A stretch of DNA of 64,000 nt from Emiliania huxleyi CCMP1516 (taxonomy: Eukaryota), in contig NW_005201412.1 of the NCBI RefSeq assembly GCF_000372725.1, forward strand, positions 201,643 through 265,642, read 5' to 3'. Of this stretch, positions 47,420 to 59,980 are shown in pieces. A program made the position numbers and the translations under genes. Each line of letters opens with the position of its first letter. The stretch's first letter is position 1. The notes under the pieces were generated by a model. It had not been told where the DNA came from. It saw only the letters and a list, made by a program, of their open reading frames with translations, and searched no databases.

Positions 47420-49857
47420 ATGAGCGGCTGGGCGCAGTGGTTGTTTGGACGGGGAACCGCGGCGGCGGCGGCTCCGGCCGCGGCTGGCGCGGAGGCTCCC
47501 GAGGCACCGGGGCCGCTCAGCAGCGCTCCGGTGGAGCCGATGGACCTGATGTGTCCCATTTCCGCCTGCCTCTTCCGCGATCCCGTCATGCTCGTCTCTG
47601 GCCACACCTTTGAGCGCGCGTCGATCGTCGAGTTTTGGCGCCGGCGGCCGCTGGCCAATCCGCTGGGGACGGGGGAGCGGCTGCGGTCGGCGCAGATGAT
47701 CGTCAACTACGGGTACCGCTCGCAGGTCGACGCGTGGCTCCAGCGCCACCCCGACTACACGCCTGAGGGCTGGTCCTCTCGCGGGGGCGTCCACCGCTGC
47801 ACGCAAGAGGTGCGGGTTATAGCCCCCTGCCGCGCCTGCCACACGCTCGCCCCGCTACTCGTCGACCCAACCCGCCGCGCCTCCTCGCCTCCTCGCCTCC
47901 TCCGCCCCGCCTCCTCGCCTCCTCAAGCCCCCCCCCCCCCCCACACATACACACATACACACCGCGTCCATGCCTCCCCCGCCACTGCTCCGCCCCCCTC
48001 CACACCACTCTCTAACACATCTCCCCTCTGNNNNNNNNNNNNNNNNNNNNNNNNNNNNNNNNNNNNNNNNNNNNNNNNNNNNNNNNNNNNNNNNNNNNNN
48101 NNNNNNNNNNNNNNNNNNNNNNNNNNNNNNNNNNNNNNNNNNNNNNNNNNNNNNNNNNNNNNNNNNNNNNNNNNNNNNNNNNNNNNNNNNNNNNNNNNNN
48201 NNNNNNNNNNNNNNNNNNNNNNNNNNNNNNNNNNNNNNNNNNNNNNNNNNNNNNNNNNNNNNNNNNNNNNNNNNNNNNNNNNNNNNNNNNNNNNNNNNNN
48301 NNNNNNNNNNNNNNNNNNNNNNNNNNNNNNNNNNNNNNNNNNNNNNNNNNNNNNNNNNNNNNNNNNNNNNNNNNNNNNNNNNNNNNNNNNNNNNNNNNNN
48401 NNNNNNNNNNNNNNNNNNNNNNNNNNNNNNNNNNNNNNNNNNNNNNNNNNNNNNNNNNNNNNNNNNNNNNNNNNNNNNNNNNNNNNNNNNNNNNNNNNNN
48501 NNNNNNNNNNNNNNNNNNNNNNNNNNNNNNNNNNNNNNNNNNNNNNNNNNNNNNNNNNNNNNNNNNNNNNNNNNNNNNNNCTGCCCCCCCCCCCCCCCCC
48601 CGAGCCCTCCCCCTACCCCCTTCCCCCCCAACAGGTTGGCTCTGCCCACGGTGGCGGCTGGACCGCGGCGCCGGACGTGCGCTGCCTCGCCGGCCCCGAG
48701 GGCGAGGCAGCCTTCGCAGAGCTCGAGCGAACCAACGGCGCCGTCCCACCCGCCCTCGAGGGGGCTGCGACCCGCATTTACCTCGTCGGCCAGACGGCGG
48801 ACGGCGTGAACCGAAAGTACGTCGGCGCGTACCAGCGGGGCACGCAGGTGATCAACGGCCGCTTCACCTACGCGCGCGTCGGCCAGGGCGGCGACCCAAT
48901 GCGCATGCTCTGGTACTGCACTGACGGTCCGACGGGCGGCCACTGGTGGGCCGGGCCGCGAAACAACCTCGGCTCCCCTGCGGGCTGGCTGGCGGTGCAC
49001 GACGCGGCGCTCTTCCCCGAGAAGATCGGGGCGCCGTGGCAGGCGCCAGCTCGCCTCGACGGCGGGCTTCGCATCCCGCCAACTCGCCGGCTCGACCCCC
49101 CCCCCCCCCCCTTTTTTGCAGGCTGTGCTGCGCGATGGCGGCTGGATGCCTGCGCCGACGCTGCGCTGCCTCGCGGGCGAAGCGGGCGAGCGGGCGCACG
49201 AGGCGGAGCTGGCGCAGCAGCAGGCGCGGGGACGGGCCGGACGTGCGCTCTCTCCGCCCCTCCCTGACGCCGCGCTCTGACGCCGTGCTGCCGCCTTCCC
49301 CGCAGGCGCGCGAGGCGGAGGAGACGCAGCGACTGCTGCTCGCGGCGGCGCCGCGCGTCTACCTGGTCGGCGGCACGCCGGCCGGGATCCACCGCGAGTA
49401 CCTCGGCGCCTACGACCGCGAGCCCGAGCTCGTCAACGGGCGGCTCGCCTACGCGATGGCGGGCGACGCGGACAAGATGCTCTGGTTCTCGAGCGTCAAC
49501 GGCTACTGGCACGCGGGGCCGCGCGCCAACCTCGGCGGGCCGCGCGGCTGGCTCGCGGTGTACGACCGCGCGCCGCTGCCGGACCGGGTGACGGCGGAGT
49601 GGCAGGTCGGGGCGGCGGACTCGAGTTGGACCGCGGCGCCGGATGTGCGCTGCCTCGCCGCCGACCCGCGCCGCCCGACGACGCGGCAGCAAGCCCGGGA
49701 CCGCGAGGGCGGCGCCGACGCGATGCTGAACGGCGCCGCAGCGATGCACGAGGGAGGAGAGGGCGGCGGGCGCGACGGCGACGGCGACGGTGGCGAGGAG
49801 CCGCGTCAGCGCCGCTTGAGGAGTCGACGGGGCGGATCGGGCGCGGGTAGGTCGTGA
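47420..49857 (+). CDS. U-box protein with tandem Trp/Gly-rich beta repeats; interrupted by the assembly gap
   Basis: DLMCPISACLFRDPVMLVSGHTFERASI...NYGYRSQVDAW; at least two repeats of YLVG..Y.GAY..NGR..Y..MLW..W.AGPR.NLG..GWLAV.D..WQV. Confidence 0.85.
48031..48580. other. Assembly gap (550 N)
   Basis: Run of N. Confidence 1.
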
Positions 49858-50955
49858 GAGGGTGAGCAGTGGCGGGGGGCGGGGAGGAGCACGGGATGTT
49901 TGCGGCGGCGGGGGAGGGGAGGGGCGGCTTGCGGGTGGGGCGTGCCGCGCCTCGAGGGAGGAGTCTCGAGAGCGGAGCTTTCGAATGAGTGGCGCGCGCC
50001 GGGAGCATGGGAGTGGCTGCGCCGGGGGAGTGCGAGACTCTTGGCCAGGCCGCAGGCGGGAGCGAGAGGGGCGGGTCTCGGAGGAGGGCCCTATTCTGCG
50101 CCTCTTGCGGCCGCCTGCGAGGGGAGGTTTCGGTCAGAGGGTGAGGCGCGCTACGGCGCTGCAGGGCTCGGCGGCGGGCGGCGCGAGACGAGCCATCGAG
50201 GTGGCGCCCCACACTCCGCGCACACAACTCACGGCAGGGGAGTCACAGTCACACATGTCCCCGCCGACGATACATCATTTGGATTTGCTGTGTATTCTTG
50301 TTCTTTTTATTTCGCATATGGCGATCAGACGTGCCTCTATCAGTTCACATGTTCGAGCCTTCGTTTGACGTTATGGGTCAAGCGCACACAGGCCGGCTCC
50401 CCCGGCGGAGAGACCGCACACGCGCGCACGAATTGAGAAACCAGCGTGCAGCGAGGGGGCAGGTTGCGTTCGTTTGTCACTCGCCATGCGCGTCCTTGGC
50501 TGACCCTCCAAAACTCCCTCCCCGCCGTTCGCGCGGCTCGGCTTGCGTATGCGGTTGGGAGCTTCGAGGACATGCAGGCGTCCCACCCCCTCCGGCCATC
50601 CCCCCGGCTCCCAAGCGCGCGGCCGCGACGCGCTGCGCACCCTCTATCTTCCGCGCTGCGCCCGCTCTCGGCATGGCCGTCGTCCGCCGAGATCACCTCC
50701 CCTCTTCGCGCCGCAGGTGCACAACCAAGGGCTGGCCACCTCCGTATCCATCATGGTGAAGCCAATGGGCCAAAAAGGTAGAGCGCTCCCCTCTCCCAGG
50801 TGGCCAGAGGGTACACCTCGTGTGCTCGTGTCGGCGTGCTGGGGGGGGCGCCGGTGCGCAAGCCCACTTTCCGGGCGAGCCCGAGGGGGAGGAGGCCGGG
50901 CGAGTGGCAGCAACTCACTGTTAGTGTCCCGGGCGGGCCGCTGCGGCACCGTTTA

Positions 50956-52281
50956 TACGGTTACTGGACCGTGTTCAACGACGTTGAACATTGTTCAACG
51001 TCGTTGAACACTACTTAGGAATGGCCGTAGCTCCTCTCCACGAGCGATTGAGAGGACGTACCAAGTATCGATTCTGTATAGAATTGCAAGGCGCACACGC
51101 TGGTGCAGGCGGCGAGTCGTCGATCCGACTCGTTCCGCCGTGAAGTCGCCGTGAAGGGTCGACAAACAGGGCCATTTTGCCACATTTTGCCCTCTCGCGC
51201 GATCTTCTCGCGTCGGCAAGCGCGCGGGCCAGGATGGGCGAGCCGATCCCGCCACGCTGGACGGGCCAGCGGCTGGCACGCGCCGGCCACCCCGGCGGCG
51301 CGGCGGCCTCATCGCGCTCGTCGTCTGCGAGGCCACCGCTCGGCGTCGCCGCGTCCGACGGCGATGGCGCTTGGCTGTGAGGTGGGATGGCGGCATGGTG
51401 CGCGCGGACGTGGGGGTGGTGCGGGATGCGCGTGTCAGCAAGCATAGTTTCACCTCTACCCACCCCGCAGGCGCGCCGACGTGCTGCCCGAGCGCGTTTG
51501 GAGGCAGCAGCAGCTCCTCGCGAGGCGCCTTCGGAGGGGTGCCACACCCCTTTCCCAGCCGCGCGCGAGTTGAGCTCCGATTTGCGCTCTTTTTCGCACA
51601 CGCCCGACGCTAGTAGGTGAGGATCGACCATCCTCCGCTAGCAGGGCTTCGTCGGGCGCGTCTTCGTCGAGCGGTGGTGCATCTCCCATGCTCCCACCCG
51701 CGCCCTCCTGGCAGCCCGCCCGCGGCCCACACCGACGCCCTCACGGGCTCACCCTAGTCGTAGGTGCGGTTTTTTTGCGTGCCCCCCGTCGATACGGGGC
51801 GCTGGGCGATGGCTGGGCTTGTCGCCGGGCGAGCTGGCCCCTCAGTCGGCCGCGGAGCGGAGATGCGAAATCGAGGCGGCGCGGCCCCTGCGCGCAGCCT
51901 ATCCGGCCGGCGCGCGCATGGTTCCGTAGCCCGTCTAGTGCCTCACTGACCAACTCCAGCGCTACGGTGCACGTGGCCGGTGTGGTACTGGGGCTGGGCA
52001 GCCTTGGGGCCGGCGGAGACCGCCGTCTAGCGGTCGCACTAGTCGGATATCGTTGTTCAACCTGTTTGTTCAACGGTTGTTCAACCATACTTTGAGCCTT
52101 AATTATTAATTCGGGTTTGGGTCTGTGAGGTCGATACTAGCGTCTATAACTTGCCACAAGCATGCTTTACAAAAGTCCTGCGGAGCGGGACTCGCAGAAC
52201 GGCCGTCCGCGCGCGCTGTGAACAGCGCCGTGGTTGAACACTGTTCAACGTCGTTGAACACGTGACGGTCCAGTAACCGTA
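50956..52281. mobile_element. Non-autonomous TIR transposon flanked by TA (Tc1/mariner-like)
   Basis: TACGGTTACTGGACCGT (50956-50972) and ACGGTCCAGTAACCGTA (52265-52281), with TA on both sides; subterminal GTTCAACG-CGTTGAAC palindromes at both ends. Confidence 0.85.
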
Positions 52282-52977
52282 TACGGCCCCTCGTGATGTC
52301 TTTCCGATTTTGCATTGTGAGTCGTCCTCTGGCCAGCCGAGGGGCACCAGAACGGCATGTGTACTGGTGCTGGCTGCGGGTGCGGAACGTTTTTTTTTTT
52401 ACTCGCAACGACGCGCTCTCTTTTCTCCCAGTAAGCTAAAAGTACGTACGTACAAGGAGAGAGAGAGAGAACCCCCTCTCTCTTTTCTCCCAGTAAGCTA
52501 AAAGTACGTACAAGGACACCCTCGGGGGGGACGCTCGGCGCATGTGCGTCACGTCAGGGTGGAGTTGGCAGTGGCCGAGCGTCGTCTCCCAATCGACTCG
52601 CAGCGCGGAGTCGAGGGGTGAAGCGCGTCGCGCTGCGACACTCGAGAGCCGGCGGGATAGCGGATAGCCGTGGGGCGCGGCCGACGTTGAAGTCCTCGAA
52701 GATCCGGTGCGCATTCGTCCTCTGAGACCCACGCGTACAAGAAAGGGGCGAGAACGCGGCCATTCTCCATTGACAATCTAACGCAACCTTGAGCTACAGC
52801 TAGCCCGTTCTCCACACAGTGCGGAGTCCGGAGAGTGCGCTGTGCGGAGTGCGTGGTGACTGGTGTTTACAATCAGGCGTCAGAGGGAACACGGAACACG
52901 CCGCCGTAGAGCCGTATTGGATACAGTACCACAGTCAGATATCAGATGTCATCTTTTCATGTCACAAACATGTCACG

Positions 52978-54477
52978 TCACTGCATGCGCGCCGTGTCTG
53001 CCTCTTTAAACTCGTCCGAAACCGAACTCGCCAGATCTCCGCGGCTTGCACGACTCCCCTTCGCGTGCTCGACGCGCAGCATGCCGCACGCAGAGCTCTC
53101 CTCGTTGCCGCGCGGCGTGCGGACCGTGCAGATGAGGCCGCGGTCGAGTAGGCGCCGTTGGAAGGCACGCACCGCCTCTGGCTGCGCCGGCCGGAAGAGG
53201 CGTCCCGCGGCGCCCAGCCCCGCGTTTGCGTTGTAAGGGATGAGGTTGACGCGAGTCTTGCCGGGCAGCGGCGCGAGCAACCCGTGCAGGCTGGCCGCCG
53301 CGTCGGCGCCGTCGTTGACTCCGTCGATGAGCGTCACCTCCGCCATGAGGCCTCGGTCGGCCCTCGCCTGGGGCGTCTCTCCCGCACGCGTCGAGGTGCA
53401 GCCGAGGCGTGGTGTAGCCGAGGTGTAGCCGAGAGCTAGCCTGCAACGTCTCCCCCCACGCGTCGCGCAGCTCGCTCATCCGGTGGCGCGTTGTCGGCAC
53501 GAGCAGTCTGCGCAGCCGGTCGTCTGCCGCGTGCACCGACCAGGCCAGCCGCGCGGGCAGCGGCTCCAGCGCGCGGATGTGTCCCGGCGACGGTCCGACA
53601 GTTGAGACGCAGACGTACGAGCGGCCTGAGGCGGCGAGGGCGCGGCGTGTGAGGGGTACCGGCGGATGGGGGCGGGTGGAGGCGGAGAGTGGGCAGGCGC
53701 CGAGCTGGAAGCCGAAGGGGTGGACCATCGCATGCAGCGCGCGCGACACCTGGAGGTGCCGACAAAGCGGCTTCACAGCTCACCACCTCGCCTTCTCTGT
53801 CTCTCTCCAGGTGATAGAGCCTCCTCCACGTTGTCCGCCGGCTCGCCCATGCCCATGAACACCTGCACGCGACGCCGCACGGCTCTCTGGCCGCGAGAAG
53901 AGAAAGGGGCAGAGGGCTGGGAAGCTCACCACATTCCTCAGCGGCGGCATGCCGTGCTGCCGGACGGCGGCGGCGGCGGCGTGCAGCTGCGCGAGGATCT
54001 CGTCGGCGGCGAGGGAGCGGAGTAGGCCCATCGTGCCAGTGGCGCAAAAGGTGCAGCCCTGTCGACAGCCGACCTGCGAAGAGACGCACAGCGTGGAGAA
54101 TGCTCCCTGCGGAATGATGACGGCCTGATAGCAGGGCCAGGCGTCAGGCGCGCGACAGCAGAAGGTGCCACTCAGTGCAGGCGCAGTCAGCGCGCCTCAA
54201 CCTCGTCGCCGCGCCGCAGTCGGAGAAGCAGCTTGCGAGTGCCACATGCGGAGACGGTGGACGTGAGAAGCGAGTGAGGCGGCTGCGCCGAGAAGGCCAG
54301 CTCGAGCGCGTGCCGCGCCTTGTGGCCAAGCCCTGAAGACTCCTCGAACGGGTCCCGGCCGTCTCGCAGCTGGCTCCAGACAATCTTGGCGCGGCCAGAG
54401 CCGCCGAGAAGGTCGGCCGCGGCGGTGGGCGGGACGGCCAGCAGGGGAGGTCGACTCGACTGGCCCAGCAATCCCAT
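52978..54477 (-). CDS. rlmN: RlmN/Cfr-family radical SAM RNA methyltransferase-like protein, multi-exon
   Basis: [68 protein letters not shown]. Confidence 0.9.
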
Positions 54478-54520
54478 GTGAGCTGCCGCTATGAAGAAGT
54501 CGATTTCCTTTGCTTGCTGA

Positions 54521-54659
54521 GTCTTTGTCCTTGTTTCTATTTATCGTTATGTGATTTTTTTGGAAATCGAGCAACATAAGCCGCGAATTGGCCAGGCGGG
54601 TGCGGCTAGCCTCTTTGGACAGGGTGGCCCGCCACAACGACCCCTGGAATTGTGACTCG
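54521..54659 (-). repeat. Dispersed repeat E, uninterrupted copy upstream of the RlmN-like gene
   Basis: Reverse complement of 14527-14548 plus 14662-14781. Confidence 0.85.
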
Positions 54660-55065
54660 CGCTTTCCTCCCGCTTTGTTTTTGTTTGTCTTTTTTGTGTA
54701 TGACTCTGTGTCTTGATCTGCCGACAACCGAGACAGCGCAGTGAGCCAGAAAAGAATGACTCTACTGAGAGCTGTTGGTTGCCGCTCGATTCACAGCACA
54801 GTGCGTAACAAAAGGGTTGCAACCTGGTAATAAGACGGCTCGCAGTCGGTAACCTCACACAAAAACACAACCCCGGACCCAAGACGCACAAGCAAGCACA
54901 AGAAAGGAGACACCGTACTCGAGTAAGCTCACATAAACGCACAACCCCTGACCCAAGTGCCAAGACGCACAAGCTCAGACAGTCGAGAAAGGGATAGACA
55001 GCAACGACAGTCAGAAGTCAGCGATGGGTCCCAGGGCGAATGCGGCATCACCCTAGAGGCATCAC

Positions 55066-55350
<285 letters not shown>

Positions 55351-55661
55351 ACACGTACATGTACATGTACATGCAAAGCGGGCAGAGGGCTTTGTTTGTT
55401 TTCCGGCAAACAAAAAGGAAATAAACAGAGGGTCCCCAGCACTTTGCGTCGTCTGAACCACAGCGTCCATAGTTTCTCTTCTTATCCGTTACCATGTAGA
55501 GCAAGGTCGAGGGCGGGCCCTTTCGGGCTCGGGCCGCCCTCTCGCCCGCCCCTCTGCGGGGCTTGCACGAGCGAAACCGCCGCAGTCTCCGAGATCAGAA
55601 GGCGAGCCAGAGCTCCAGCAGACAGCACCTCGCGCCCGAGCGCCGAGGCCCTCCTCCTCCT

Positions 55662-55831
55662 GGCGTGGGTCGGTTGTGCATCCCTCCGGGGGCCCCTCTG
55701 CGCCGGGGAGGCGTTGTTGGAGGCTAGGACGCAAGCGTCCGTCGCCCTTTTCAAACTCGGGGCCCACTCCGCTACGCTCCGACCCGAATTTTGAGGGCCT
55801 GAAAAGTTTAAGGTGTTGCTGCGCAAAAGGG
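55662..55831. repeat. Dispersed repeat F (inverted copy)
   Basis: Reverse complement of 34812-34981. Confidence 0.9.
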
Positions 55832-56756
55832 TGGGGAGCCGCGGCGGCGCCGCAGGCGCGGGCGCGCAGTGGAAGCACGCTAGCCATACATGTTCACGCA
55901 GAGAAGCTGACGGTCGGGGTCGTGACGGCTCGAGGGTGCGCACACTAGCGGCCGGACGCCTCACCCGCGGACGCCTCACCCGCACGCGCACCCTCCAACA
56001 TCGCCGCCGAGCCCAACGCCCTGCCGTCAATCTCGACGAGCGCCGCACACCTGCGCGGACAGTGGGCAGACGTTGCCGCCTTGTGTCCTCGTGTGCCCGG
56101 AAAGCCTCGAGCCGGCGCGCACCGGTGGCAGCGCAGGATGAGGCGGCAGCAGTGGAGGGTTGGGGCGCATTTGAAGGCGCTGGCCCCGACGCGCCATTAA
56201 CTGGGTCGGGGTGGTTCCTCACCCCTCTGGTTTCAGTCAAGCGGGAAGAGTCTGTGCAAGGGGGGCGGATGGGGCTGGCTGCGTCACCTTGGAGCATGAA
56301 AGGTTCCTACAGTAAGGCTACTCGAGTACGCAGCACCTTGGCTTGGCCCCCGAGCGGGAGGCGGTCGACGACGCGCAGCATGGCGGTGAGCGCAGCCTGA
56401 CGACGCGTCTTGATGGACGGATCCTTCTGCCGGCTGACCAATTCCGCCCACCTCTTGACCGGCGGCTTCGTCACCAACATGCGCTCGAGAGGCGGAGCAG
56501 CCTCGATGCGATCCAGTTCGGTAGCTATCTTGTCGCGCAGCGCATCGTCAAAAGGCAGGTGTTACAGGCGTACAGGTTACGGCCGTCCACGGCGGACATC
56601 ATGGTTTCTGCCGGTATTCGGATTTTGCGATTTGTTCGTGTGGGGGTATATTGCAGATTTGTCAATGGTACCGCGTCTGCGACGCGGGCGCCTTGCGGGC
56701 AGAGCCCTTAGCCACCCTTTATATCTTGCGCGGTCAGTACTACGCATCCGCTCCTC

Positions 56757-56793
56757 ACAGTCGCACGCGCCGCGGCGCGGCGCGTGCGACTGT
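56757..56793. repeat. 37-bp perfect palindrome (18-bp arms, 1-nt centre)
   Basis: ACAGTCGCACGCGCCGCG-G-CGCGGCGCGTGCGACTGT. Confidence 0.95.
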
Positions 56794-57789
56794 CTTTGTT
56801 TGAAGTTAAAAGTCGAATCAGAGCGGCGTCGGCGCTGCCCTCCGTTTTCCTCCCCTGGCCCCCCGTCCGGCACCGCTCCGGGACGCACGCCGGCGAAGCA
56901 CCATCAATCTGCTGTACGGCCCCGGCATCTCCTTCCCAGGCTTAGCTAGACTGAGAGATATTGTGCATATGGTCAGTCTCTTCAATATATACACTGACAC
57001 TGAACCTCCCAGAGCTCGTCCCGGTCCGTCACGGCCATCCTCGGCCTCCGGAGGGCCCCCGGCCGCGGCGCGGTGCGGCGGCGTCACAAATCCGACGGCA
57101 GAGCACCGGGACGCGGTCGGGCGATCTGAGGCCCAACTAGGCGTGTGCATTGCCCATCCAGGGCTATCGCCTGGACCCATCAACAGGCGCCTGCGGAGTT
57201 GTGATCACGAGGTGTTGTTTGTTCCACACCTGCCCAACCATTGTGCAGCACAGTAATCGCGCGGAACTGCGAAAGGATACCACCGGACATATGTCAAGAC
57301 TTCAAGTTAGGAGTAAAGGGCACGCCTCTCTCCTCCTCAAAAATAGCAGTCCACCTTCGGGCAAATGTAACATGTTCGTTCGGTAGAGGTATTAGTATTG
57401 CTACTCGAGTAAACATCTCTCTCTCTCTCTAAGTATGTATGTAACTATAGTGAGAGGATCTAGGTTTGGGGCAGAGCGAGGGAGACTTTTCGGCGGTCGT
57501 GGAGTAAGAGCTACATACTTCAACCTCATTCATACACTGAAAATGTTGAGTGAGGAGCGACCCCGCAACACCAGCCTCGCTGTGGGCCAGAAGATCGGAG
57601 AGAGAGAGATTTTGTTTTTTGAAGATCGGCGGCCCGCGAGGCACGCCGGCGTGCGCGTGGAACGCACGCGTGTGAGAGAGTCTGTGAGACGAACGAACGA
57701 TCGCAAGAGCTCTAAGTAAATGAGCAGAGGGGTGAGGGGGAGGACGCGTGGTGGCGCTGGCCTGGAGTTCTGAAGCTCACCCATTAAGG

Positions 57790-58005
57790 AAGTGAGGTAC
57801 TGCTCCGCCCACCCTGATCCTGCTGAACAAGCTCCTCTTGTAGCTCGATCGCTCACACCGCCACCACCGCCGACGTCTCCCAGTGAGACGATGCTCGATG
57901 GAGAGGGGGGGCGACACTGCTTCAGCAGCGTGCACCTCGATCCTGTACCGTGTTTGTTATGACCCCCCCAATGAACACACCAGTGAGAGAGGGCGAGACG
58001 ATCGA
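57790..58005. repeat. Dispersed repeat family D, empty-site copy (inverted)
   Basis: Contains a single copy of the element C target CGATCGAGCTACAAGA (as reverse complement). Confidence 0.85.
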
Positions 58006-58294
58006 GGGGCCCGTACCATGCGGAATCGACCCTATCCAGTGCTCAAGTGCTCAAGTAATGAGCAGGCCGCTGCTTGCTAGCAGCCAGGCAGGCAGCTCGC
58101 TAGCCAGCCAGCTAGCTAGTTAGTAAAGCCGTCCCGACCGACGACCATACTCCCCCATCCATGCCGGTCCAACGATGGTTTCTTAGGTTGTTTCGTCAAT
58201 CTCACTTTACGCTTTACCGCGCCAATCTGCAATCAATCGTTCGAATCGTCCCAAACGCAAACCCAAATTCCCCGGCGGCGTAGACTCTGCGCAG

Positions 58295-59325
58295 ATGATG
58301 AAGAGGGGAGTGCGCGGCAAGGCAAGGTCATCCGCTAAAGACACCAAAGCTGTCTCAACTGAAACGGACGTGCAGGATGCGCCAGTCAGCCGGGAGCGAT
58401 TGCGCACCATCTTTGACAAGTTTGACGTGGATGGGACCGGCAGCCTCGCGATCGACGATTTGGTGTCCCTCTACAGGCCTTTCGCGGAAACGACGGTGCT
58501 TCGCGCGTCGCTGGAGGCGGCTGATACCGAGACCGATGGCTCGTTATCATTTGAGCAGTTCTCCTCGGCCTATGATCAGTTCTGGAGAAAGCGCAAGGCA
58601 AAAGCGCCAAAAACTACTCCACTGGAGGCAGGGCTACCAGAGGGTATGCAGAGTCGCGCGGTGGAGTCGACGGTGGAGGAGGCGCGTGCGCGCGCGGAGG
58701 AGGCCGAAGCCAGCGCAGAGGAGGCCAAACAGCACCTCGAGACGTTGGACATGGAGCACAACGCGCTGACCCTGCGCATCTCCGCGCTGGAGGCAAGGGT
58801 GCGAAGACTCCTCCAGCCAGGCCCAATCCACCCTCCCGAGAGCACCGACGCATTCCCACCCGGAGGTGAGTGGGCCCTCCCGACCGTTCTGCCTTGCGCG
58901 TTTGCCAGGTGCGTGACATCGAGGAGCGCCGCATCAGTGAGGAGGCGGCGAAGGCGATCAAGGATGAGGTGGTTAGGCGAAAGCAGGAGGTAAAACGGCT
59001 GACGCGTGCGCAGGGTGCCAAGGGGGACTACGTGCTCGTCAACGACCCGCCGGGGTCTGCGCCCGTCAAGGCCACCAGTTTCTCAGGCGGCGACGCCGAG
59101 GCGGCTGCGCGGCGCGCTGCCAAGCAGCTACCGTACAAACAGCGCTGGATCCTTTATCGTGACAATGGTGACAGCTTCAAAGAAGTAGTGCGAGGAGGAA
59201 TCGGCGGCGTCATGGGAGCGAACAAAAACATTGAGAAGCACGTGAAAGAAGTGGTTCTCCCGCAGAAGAAGGCAAAGTTGCAGAACCAGCTGGAGAGAGC
59301 GCTGAATGAAGGGGCGAAAGTCTGA
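58295..59325 (+). CDS. EF-hand pair plus coiled-coil protein (intron ~58866-58908)
   Basis: FDKFDVDGTGSLAIDDL and ADTETDGSLSFEQF; GT-AG intron; exact exon junction uncertain. Confidence 0.75.
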
Positions 59326-59980
59326 GCTCTGGTGCTGTGCGTGCCGTCTGGCCGAAGGCTCCCTCCAGCCATATCTCGTGGTGTGTGCACTGCACAGTGT
59401 GGTTTCTTTATCTACATCGATGTAGGTCACGAGGCCCCGCCGTGCAGGGCGCTACGGGCTCCGGCCGGACGTGGCAGCGGCGGAGCGTCGCGACTCCGCC
59501 CTTTTCCTTTTTCGCCCAACACGCTATCCACCGTCACCGACCCTGCCGCCAGCGCCGCGGCTTCGCGCCGCGCGCACTCACGCTAGGGCGCTCGCTCACC
59601 GCATCTCGGTTTGCGCATTGAGCTCTGAGGCCCCCATCACGCCGGGGATCCACGCCACGGCCGGCGAGGCGTCCCGGCCGGAGACCAAGGATTGAGGCAC
59701 CTGCGTCGTGGAGGACGATCGACTCGGCAAGACCCTCGCCATCACCAGCCTCTACCCGGAAAACCGCATCCGCAATTTCCGCTCATCGCTTTGCGCATTC
59801 CGCAGATCCCTCAGGGAGACGCGTTCCTCCCTCAGCCATCGGCGGCGACCTCTTCGCTCTAGGCTTAGCTCGCCGTTTCCGTGGGCCGGCGAAAGAGTGC
59901 CCATCTCTCCTGTAGGTGGCGAGCTAAGCGCGGCTGACTCTGTGCCAGTCGAGACGCCGACTCCGGCAGCGGTGCTACGC

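Noticed and set aside
52416..52515. ~38-bp direct repeat around (GA)n
   Set aside because: Local duplication or tiny insertion; no further support
56260..56600. Minus-strand coding-like stretch (DDALRDKIATELDRIEAAPPLER...)
   Set aside because: Interrupted by a stop, with no clear start and no recognisable family
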